In this document: piece by piece, positions 1-7,058 of the stretch | How positions within the stretch are numbered: position 1 is the first letter of the stretch | How the letters are laid out: the number at the start of each line of letters is the position of its first letter | From: an uncultured Bacteriovoracaceae bacterium | GTDB lineage: Bacteria; Bdellovibrionota; Bacteriovoracia; Bacteriovoracales; Bacteriovoracaceae | Reading direction: 5' to 3' | DNA: 14,757 nt | Assembly (NCBI GenBank): GCA_964012805.1 | Contig: CAXGUD010000069.1 | Coordinates: 1-14,757 of the forward strand | The notes under the pieces: model-generated | Database searches by the model: none | Told to the model about the DNA's origin: nothing | The model's input: the letters and a program-made list of their open reading frames with translations, nothing else | Made by a program: the position numbers and the translations under genes

Positions 1-917
<917 letters not shown>

Positions 918-938
918 CACACGATTTAAAAAACGCTT

Positions 939-984
939 AAAACTATTGGGACCTTTAAGGTAAGGCAGGTCTCAATAGTTTTTT
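939..984 (+). terminator. Rho-independent terminator after fadA
   Basis: AAAACTATTGGGACCT (939-954) pairs with AGGTCTCAATAGTTTT (967-982) with one G.U pair, and ends in a T6 run. Confidence 0.8.
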
Positions 985-1035
985 CTGTCTAAAGTCGATT
1001 AATTACGGTATGAAAAAGCCGTAACTCGAAATTCG

Positions 1036-1064
1036 ATGACGCTAACTACCTTATGCGTTATGAT
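1036..1064 (+). promoter_or_regulatory. Putative sigma70 promoter for the acyl-CoA dehydrogenase
   Basis: ATGACG (1036-1041), 17 bp spacer, TATGAT (1059-1064). RBS-like AGGGAG at 1108-1113 precedes ATG 1120. Confidence 0.45.
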
Positions 1065-1119
1065 AAAGTTAGCCGTTTTTTAAAACTGTTTTTCACTTAA
1101 CTTAACTAGGGAGTCCACC

Positions 1120-2295
1120 ATGTCAAATTCGCCTGCCGTTCCCCCCATTTTTCATCCAGCATTAACAACCCTTTCAACGGAAGAAAATGATTTCAAACTT
1201 GCTGTTAGGGAGTTTGCTGAGGGCGAAATAAAACCTCTTGTCAGTAAAATGGACCAAGAATCAAAAATGGACCCGGGGCTTGTTAAAAAGCTCTTTGAAA
1301 TGGGGATGATGGGAATAGAGACACCCGAAGCCTTTGGCGGCACAGGAAGTACTTTTACATCAGCTTGTCTTGCTATTGAAGAAATTGGACGAATTGATGG
1401 ATCTGTTAGTGTTTTAATGGATGTCCAAAATACTCTTGTTACAAATGCCGTCTTAAAATGGGGAACAGATGCCCAAAAAGAAACATACCTTCCAAAACTT
1501 GCTACTGAATGGGTTGGGTCCTATGCTTTAAGTGAAAGCTCCAGTGGTTCTGATGCCTTCGCTTTAAAGCTAAAGGCCGAAGATAAAGGTGACCACTACC
1601 TTTTAAAAGGTCATAAATTATGGATAACAAATGCTGACGAAGCAGACTTTTTTCTTGTTTTTGCAAACTTAAACCCTAGTGAAGGCTATAAAGGGATTAC
1701 AGCTTTTATTGTTGAAAAAAGCTTTGAAGGCTTCAGTCTTGGAAAAAAAGAAGACAAGCTAGGAATTAGAGCAAGCTCAACTTGTGAACTTATTTTCGAC
1801 AATTGCAGAGTCCCCAAAGAAAATGTTCTTGGAGAAATTGGTAAAGGTTATAAAATTGCTATCGAGACCTTAAATGAAGGAAGAATTGGAATTGGCGCTC
1901 AGATGCTTGGGATCAGCCAAGGCGCTTACGAAGCGGCCCTTGATTACACTCAAAATAGAGAGCAGTTTGGTAAAAAAATCTCTGATTACCAAGGAGTTCA
2001 ATTTCAATTGGCCGAAATGAGGACTCAATTAGAGGCCACAAGGCTTCTTGTTTACAATGCCGCCAGACTTAAAGATTCCGGAAAAGATTTTGTAGAGCAA
2101 GCGGCCATTGCTAAACTTTACTCTTCCAGGGCAGCTGAAGCTATTACTTCAAAAACGGTTGAACTTTTTGGAGGCAATGGATTTACCACTGAGTACCCTG
2201 CTGAAAAGTACTATAGGGACGCAAAGATTGGTCAAATCTATGAAGGGACAACCAATATGCAGCTTCAAACGATTGCCAAAATGGAACTTAAATAA
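1120..2295 (+). CDS. Acyl-CoA dehydrogenase, short/branched-chain (ACADSB/SBCAD-like)
   Basis: 391 aa. Motifs ALSESSSGSDA, KLWITN, EDKLGIRASST, TLNEGRIGIGAQ, REQFGK and YRDAKIGQIYEGTTNMQ (catalytic Glu in YEG). The DVQNTL and C-terminal QLQTIAK segments resemble the SBCAD subfamily. Confidence 0.92.
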   Translation: MSNSPAVPPIFHPALTTLSTEENDFKLAVREFAEGEIKPLVSKMDQESKMDPGLVKKLFEMGMMGIETPEAFGGTGSTFTSACLAIEEIGRIDGSVSVLMDVQNTLVTNAVLKWGTDAQKETYLPKLATEWVGSYALSESSSGSDAFALKLKAEDKGDHYLLKGHKLWITNADEADFFLVFANLNPSEGYKGITAFIVEKSFEGFSLGKKEDKLGIRASSTCELIFDNCRVPKENVLGEIGKGYKIAIETLNEGRIGIGAQMLGISQGAYEAALDYTQNREQFGKKISDYQGVQFQLAEMRTQLEATRLLVYNAARLKDSGKDFVEQAAIAKLYSSRAAEAITSKTVELFGGNGFTTEYPAEKYYRDAKIGQIYEGTTNMQLQTIAKMELK

Positions 2296-2316
2296 AGAGT
2301 ACTTTAAAAAGAAATA

Positions 2317-2351
2317 AGGGTATCAAGGTCAATTAATTACCTTGATACCCT
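2317..2351. terminator. Strong hairpin, probable (possibly bidirectional) terminator
   Basis: Perfect 13-bp stem AGGGTATCAAGGT / ACCTTGATACCCT with a 9-nt loop. The A-rich run lies on the left, so the U-tract is better on the minus strand. Confidence 0.7.
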
Positions 2352-2429
2352 CTCCCCTAGACAAGATTCCTGTCATTAATAATTTTGATTATTTTCAACA
2401 GTAAACAAAAAGTCCCTTTTTCAATTTAA

Positions 2430-2762
2430 AACCTCAATTTTTCTAAAAAAAAAAATGAAAAATACCTCAATATTTTAAAGGTTCATTTTAAAAACAATAT
2501 TGATGTCAAGGACACAAACGGTTTGAGTTTTATAAGAAAGGTCATAAGAAAAAAACACCTATCCTTATTTAATTACTTTATTGATATGGCACCTAACTTA
2601 GACGAAAAAGGTAATCCAAAGCCTCTCTTGCACGAAGTTTGTCACAATTACTACTGCAGTAGCTTAATTGCAAAAACTCTTCTTGAAAAAGATGTGAAAG
2701 ATGAAAAAGACAAGGAAGGTATAAACCTCAACGACCTTCTTATGAAGTACCCTATCGAATAA
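2430..2762 (+). pseudogene. Degenerate ankyrin-repeat-like gene remnant or very short ankyrin-like protein
   Basis: The frame is open from 2430 (after TAA 2427-2429) to TAA 2760-2762 and reads ...NIDVKDTNGLSFIRKVIRKKHLSLFNYFIDMAPNLDEKGNPKPLLHEVCHNYYCSSLIAKTLLEKDVKDEKDKEGINLNDLL. It has three D-x-x-G-like turns at ankyrin-like spacing and a PLLH motif. No ATG with an RBS precedes the ankyrin-like region. Confidence 0.5.
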
Positions 2763-2793
2763 AAGGAGAAAAATCTTTTCTCTCAATTTCTTT

Positions 2794-3816
2794 TCAACCT
2801 TTCCTTTTATGCTTAACTAAATGCTCAGCAGCTTCTTCAGGCATAATCGGGTTATTGAAAAGTCCACCAGCAAACTCAATGCCTCCTCTTCTTACCGTGT
2901 GGTAAATGACACTAAAGTACCAGTGGAAGTATTCTGACTCTCTCTCGTAGTGAGAAAGACTTTGAAGAATAAAATTATAATCAGGATTTTCTAGAGCGTG
3001 AAAAGACATATGGCAAACATTAGTCATGATATCAGCGAGGTCCTCTAAATCTACACACTCTCTAAATGATGCTTGATGCTTCCTAGGAACAATCCAGGTG
3101 TGGTAAGGAGATAGTGAAGCAAAAGGGACAAGGGCCACAAAGCTATCATTTTCATAAACAATCCTCTTTTTTTCCTTTAGCTCCATTTTAAGAATGTCAC
3201 ACATGAGGCAGTGATCGTGGATAACGTGATAGTTTTCCATCTGCCCTAACCTAACTTTCGTTTCAAAAGGCATTAAGGGAAGTCCATAAATTTGAGAATG
3301 GGGATGCTGGAGTGAACCCCCAGCTTTATAACCTTGGTTTTTGAAAATTACCACGTGGTTTACATTCGGATCATCACATACCTGAATATAACGAAGCTTG
3401 TAAGCCTCCATAAGAGAAGTCGCATCCTCTAAACTCATATTGGCCAAGGACTTATTGTGGTGGGGATGGTCGATGATAACATCGTGAATTCCAAAACCAT
3501 CCATCTCCTTGCAAAGAAGGGAGAAATTTTTATTAGGAGTTTTTGTTCTATCAAGACTAGCGTACTTATTTTCTAAAATCCGCACCTGCCAATCGTCTTT
3601 TTCTCTTCCTTCAGGAACATACCTAAGGATTTCTTTATCATCTTTTTTTTCATTGCCTATGCAAAAAGGGCAATTGTCATCTTTCTCAGGTCTCTTTAAA
3701 AAAGCATCAACTCTATTATCTTCTGTTGGCTTTTTGTAATCACTAGGTCTAGACTTTCTTTCAGGAGAAAACATAACCCAGTCGTTTGTAATGAGATTTT
3801 TCCTAAATATAGGCAT
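2794..3816 (-). CDS. GalT/HIT-superfamily nucleotidyltransferase (galactose-1-phosphate uridylyltransferase-like; possibly ADP-glucose phosphorylase-type)
   Basis: 340 aa. N-terminal R-x-x-R-P, Zn motif CPFC, catalytic HPHSQ, second CLMC motif, and C-terminal HWY...GGIEFAGG...P-EEAA. Confidence 0.88.
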   Translation of the reverse strand: MPIFRKNLITNDWVMFSPERKSRPSDYKKPTEDNRVDAFLKRPEKDDNCPFCIGNEKKDDKEILRYVPEGREKDDWQVRILENKYASLDRTKTPNKNFSLLCKEMDGFGIHDVIIDHPHHNKSLANMSLEDATSLMEAYKLRYIQVCDDPNVNHVVIFKNQGYKAGGSLQHPHSQIYGLPLMPFETKVRLGQMENYHVIHDHCLMCDILKMELKEKKRIVYENDSFVALVPFASLSPYHTWIVPRKHQASFRECVDLEDLADIMTNVCHMSFHALENPDYNFILQSLSHYERESEYFHWYFSVIYHTVRRGGIEFAGGLFNNPIMPEEAAEHLVKHKRKG

Positions 3817-4115
3817 CTTCTCTACCTTTCTGTTTTGTTTTCAAAAGACCCTCATTACCGAGCGATCCTGTCAACCTTTCGACTCTTTGTGGGAAAACAT
3901 AAAGGCTTTTATTAGAAATCGTATGAATTCAGGTAATTCCACGCAAACTGAAGAGGTTCAAGAGGAATTGTTTATGACCTATTACGTTAACTAATAAACT
4001 TTGATTATTAATGATAATTTCCAAAAATTTCGAATTCCAATTATGCTTCATTTCAACAAAACAAGAATTTAAATCAATAGAGCTTTTAAAAACTCTACTC
4101 TATGGAGAATCACTA

Positions 4116-4442
4116 ATGAAAAAAAAGGGCCTTTCTTTTTTAATTGCAGCTTTGTCTTTCCAAGCTTCCTCTGCTCTTCCACCAAGGTTTCAGGTTGAAA
4201 GAGACATTAAGCAAGTTTTCTCTCTGCTCAATGAGTCGGAATATAAAAATGATGCTCTAGGAAACTTCGAATCTTTAAGGAAAAAAGATGGTCAATATGA
4301 ACTTGTTTATAAACTTTCTTACTACGGTGAGCGTTGTACTTTAACTTTTAGCCGAAAAGAAGTCGAAAGACCTTTTGGCGGGGTTGGACCTCAAGAACCC
4401 TTAGAAATTAAAGGAACCCCAAAATGTATAACCATCAAATAA
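4116..4442 (+). CDS. Small secreted hypothetical protein (108 aa)
   Basis: ATG 4116 has GGAG at 4104-4107 and begins a typical signal peptide (MKKKGLSFLIAALSFQASSA/LPP). The mature part has two Cys. This start is preferred over the ORF-track start at 4011. Confidence 0.75.
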   Translation: MKKKGLSFLIAALSFQASSALPPRFQVERDIKQVFSLLNESEYKNDALGNFESLRKKDGQYELVYKLSYYGERCTLTFSRKEVERPFGGVGPQEPLEIKGTPKCITIK

Positions 4443-4497
4443 TTTTTTCCTCCGAAAAAGTATCAAATAAACTCATTTTCCCCCATTTTTGAGTTTG

Positions 4498-4528
4498 AAA
4501 AAAGCCTTGGTTAAACCAAGGCTTTTTT
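4498..4528. terminator. Bidirectional Rho-independent terminator
   Basis: Inverted repeat AAAAAAGCCTTGGTT-A-AACCAAGGCTTTTTT with A6/T6 flanks, 55 bp after the stop at 4442. Confidence 0.85.
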
Positions 4529-4553
4529 GTTTTCAGTCTTTGCACCAACATAT

Positions 4554-4582
4554 TTCAATCCCCTTTTTATGTAGCGTATGAT
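4554..4582 (+). promoter_or_regulatory. Putative sigma70 promoter for lpxD
   Basis: TTCAAT (4554-4559), 17 bp spacer, TATGAT (4577-4582), just downstream of the terminator. RBS GAGGGGG at 4630-4636. Confidence 0.4.
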
Positions 4583-4640
4583 AGGTTTGAGCCATGTTAG
4601 AAGCCATTAAACTAGCGTCATAAAAAGTAGAGGGGGTGTC

Positions 4641-5684
4641 ATGAAGCTTAAAGAATTAGTCAATCAACTTGAAGGCTCTATTTACACGCCGCCTGGCTAT
4701 AATGGAAAAAATGTTGATAACATTGATATAAAAAAAGTCTCTCCTTTGGATAAAGCAGGCCCCAACGATATTTCTTTTTATGTGAATCCAAAAATGAAAG
4801 AACTCTTTCAAAAAACAAAAGCTGGAGCAGTTTTAGTTTCAAAGGCCAATGAAGATGTTAATTGCCTCCAAATTGTCCACAAAAGCCCTAAGGTCGGCAT
4901 GGCAAAAATTTCGAATATATTTTATAAACTGACCCACTCTTATGAAGGCATAAGTGAAATCGCTTTCATTCACCAAAAATCAAAAGTTCACTCATCGGCA
5001 ACTATCTACGCTTACGCTTATATTTCTGAAGGTGCTGAAATTGGTGAAGGCACCGTTATTTACCCTAATGTCTACATTGGAAAAAATGTAACAATTGGCG
5101 CCAATACGGTTTTATTTCCCAATGTTGTTGTTATGGATGGTTGTAACATAGGAAAGGACTGTTTAATTCATCCAGGCACAGTTATTGGAGCTGACGGCTT
5201 TGGCTTCACGCCTACGGGGACAGAAAATATAAAGGTCCCTCAAACAGGTCATGTTGTTATTGAAGATAATGTTGAAATGGGTGCCCTCTGCACTATTGAC
5301 AGGGCCGCTTTTGACAAAACTCTCATAGGAAGAGAATCAAAGCTCGATTCTCAAGTCCATGTCGCCCATAATGTTGAAATTGGAGAACTCTCTTTACTGG
5401 CCGGTCAAACTGGTATTGCTGGAAGTGCAAAGATTGGAAAAAACTTTATGTGTTCAGGACAAATTGCCGTAGGCCCAGGCATTGAAATAGGAGATAACGT
5501 TGCCCTTGGGCCTAGAACCGGTGTTATAAAGCCTATTACCGAAAAAGGCGAATATATGGGCCTCCCTGCCGTCAAAAAAATGGATTGGATTAAAGAAGTT
5601 AGAGGCCTCCAAAAAATTCCAGAACTCATGAAGCGCCTTCGAGAATTGGAAAAACAAGTTCAGGAGCTCGATTCTTCTCGGTAA
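4641..5684 (+). CDS. lpxD: UDP-3-O-acylglucosamine N-acyltransferase LpxD (divergent, stand-alone)
   Basis: 347 aa. N-terminal uridine-binding domain (AGPNDISF), hexapeptide left-handed beta-helix, IGADGFGF, KVPQTGHVVIEDNVEMGA, IDR, AHNV (catalytic His) and a C-terminal helical tail. Confidence 0.9.
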   Translation: MKLKELVNQLEGSIYTPPGYNGKNVDNIDIKKVSPLDKAGPNDISFYVNPKMKELFQKTKAGAVLVSKANEDVNCLQIVHKSPKVGMAKISNIFYKLTHSYEGISEIAFIHQKSKVHSSATIYAYAYISEGAEIGEGTVIYPNVYIGKNVTIGANTVLFPNVVVMDGCNIGKDCLIHPGTVIGADGFGFTPTGTENIKVPQTGHVVIEDNVEMGALCTIDRAAFDKTLIGRESKLDSQVHVAHNVEIGELSLLAGQTGIAGSAKIGKNFMCSGQIAVGPGIEIGDNVALGPRTGVIKPITEKGEYMGLPAVKKMDWIKEVRGLQKIPELMKRLRELEKQVQELDSSR

Positions 5685-6943
5685 GAAAGTTTCTGACCTT
5701 CCATTAAAAGCGGTGAAAAAAAGAAAAAAATATTAAAAACATACACAAAGGCCATCACAGCATAAGCGACTGTATGGCCGTAATCATCAATCATTAACCC
5801 TAAAGCCGGTCCCCAAAAAATAAAAAGAAATCTTGAGCCCAAAGCCAAAAAGGAATTCGCAGTGGCCCTTATTGAGGAGGATGTACGGGCATTAAAAGCA
5901 TCTCTAAAAATAACATGCCCCAATCCTCTATTGGCTTGTAAACAAAGACAAGACATAAGCCCTCCAAAGGTAAAGGCCAAAAGTGGGGTTTGAGAATAGT
6001 AATAAGAGAAAAAACTCATCCCACCATAACCAAGAATTGGAAGCAAAGAAATAAGGAGAAGGGTTTTTCGAATTCCCAAATAAGATTCAATTCTTACGGC
6101 AGCTCTTCCAAAAAACCCTACAACAAGATTCGTCAATGCCCATAAAATGCCGAAAATAGGGAGAGGAATCCCCAATGTTTGCCAAAAGTCTTGATAAGTC
6201 CATACTGCTAACCAGGTAGCAGACGCATAAATAATGCCATTAAAAGTAATGAGGAGGAATAACCTTGAGCTATTGAAAAGGATTTGTGACATTTCCTTTA
6301 TATTTTCAATTGTTTTTGACTTTTCCAATTTTCTTCTCGGTGGCTCACAAAGACTAAGAGAAACAAAAAAAGGGAGCCAACCTAAAATAGCTTGAGCATT
6401 CACGATCCACTTTAAAGAACCAAAAAGAAGAATTAGCGCACAAAAGAGGCCCGCCATACCCTCACTTACTTGAGAGTAAAAAATTTGTTTCGCCATAAGA
6501 TTCCTTCCAATAGAACCCTTTTCCCTTAGCGCAACATGAGTATCATAAAGAAGAGAAATATCTGTTCCAGACATCAAGCTCATAGCAATGGCATTAACTA
6601 GTTGGATGATGGCCAACATTAAAAAGCTATCAGCAAAGGCATAGAGAGAGAATCCAACACCATGCAGGATACCTGAAATAACAAGAATCAACTTTCTTCC
6701 AAAAACATCAGAGAGGTAACCCGATGGAATTTCCAAAAGAATAACCATGAGAGCGTAGAGGGCCTGAAGCCTAAAAACATCACCCATTGAAAGACCAATG
6801 CCTTTAAAAAAGGGGATTATCACAGGCATAAGTACCATGAAAGTCCATGAAGCATTCAACAGATAGACTTTTGGATAATTTCTTTTTAGAAGGTCACCAT
6901 TTATCTCTTTGGTCATGGTAACCCATCGGTTTTTTTCTACCAT
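5660..6943 (-). CDS. Major facilitator superfamily transporter
   Basis: Up to 427 aa with about 12 hydrophobic segments, LEIPSG followed by MFS motif A (GYLSDVFGRK), SGTD...LLYD and IRATANS. The true start may be the second ATG at 6916. Its 3' end overlaps that of lpxD by 25 bp. Confidence 0.9.
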   Translation of the reverse strand: MVEKNRWVTMTKEINGDLLKRNYPKVYLLNASWTFMVLMPVIIPFFKGIGLSMGDVFRLQALYALMVILLEIPSGYLSDVFGRKLILVISGILHGVGFSLYAFADSFLMLAIIQLVNAIAMSLMSGTDISLLYDTHVALREKGSIGRNLMAKQIFYSQVSEGMAGLFCALILLFGSLKWIVNAQAILGWLPFFVSLSLCEPPRRKLEKSKTIENIKEMSQILFNSSRLFLLITFNGIIYASATWLAVWTYQDFWQTLGIPLPIFGILWALTNLVVGFFGRAAVRIESYLGIRKTLLLISLLPILGYGGMSFFSYYYSQTPLLAFTFGGLMSCLCLQANRGLGHVIFRDAFNARTSSSIRATANSFLALGSRFLFIFWGPALGLMIDDYGHTVAYAVMAFVYVFNIFFFFSPLLMEGQKLSYREESSS

Positions 6944-6978
6944 ATTAAAAAGTGATGCTTAAAATTTTTTTTTATTAT

Positions 6979-7007
6979 TTGTCATTAACATAACAAATCC
7001 CTATACT
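6979..7007 (+). promoter_or_regulatory. sigma70-type promoter for the GH5 gene
   Basis: TTGTCA (6979-6984), 17 bp spacer, TATACT (7002-7007). Both boxes are 5/6 consensus, with an A/T-rich UP-like tract at 6959-6978. Confidence 0.65.
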
Positions 7008-7058
7008 TCCCCACCGAAATAAAAAAAATTTAATTAAATAAATAATGAGTCCTCAATT

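Noticed and set aside
1152..2317. Short ORFs 1152-1343 (-) and 2108-2317 (+)
   Set aside because: They are shadow frames over the acyl-CoA dehydrogenase with no recognisable motifs.
2445..2455. A11 homopolymer as a phase-variation switch
   Set aside because: Neither alternative upstream frame reaches a start codon, so a length change would not restore a gene.
3935..3970. c-di-GMP-I riboswitch suggested by ACGCAAA
   Set aside because: The GGCAAAC...GAAA...GG P2 element and the P3 helix are not present.
3509..3994. ORFs 3509-3739 (+) and 3791-3994 (+)
   Set aside because: They are antisense to or overlap the start of the galT-like gene, and have no RBS or protein-like motifs.
4011..4115. N-terminal extension of the 143-aa ORF
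   Set aside because: The RBS and signal peptide both point to ATG 4116.
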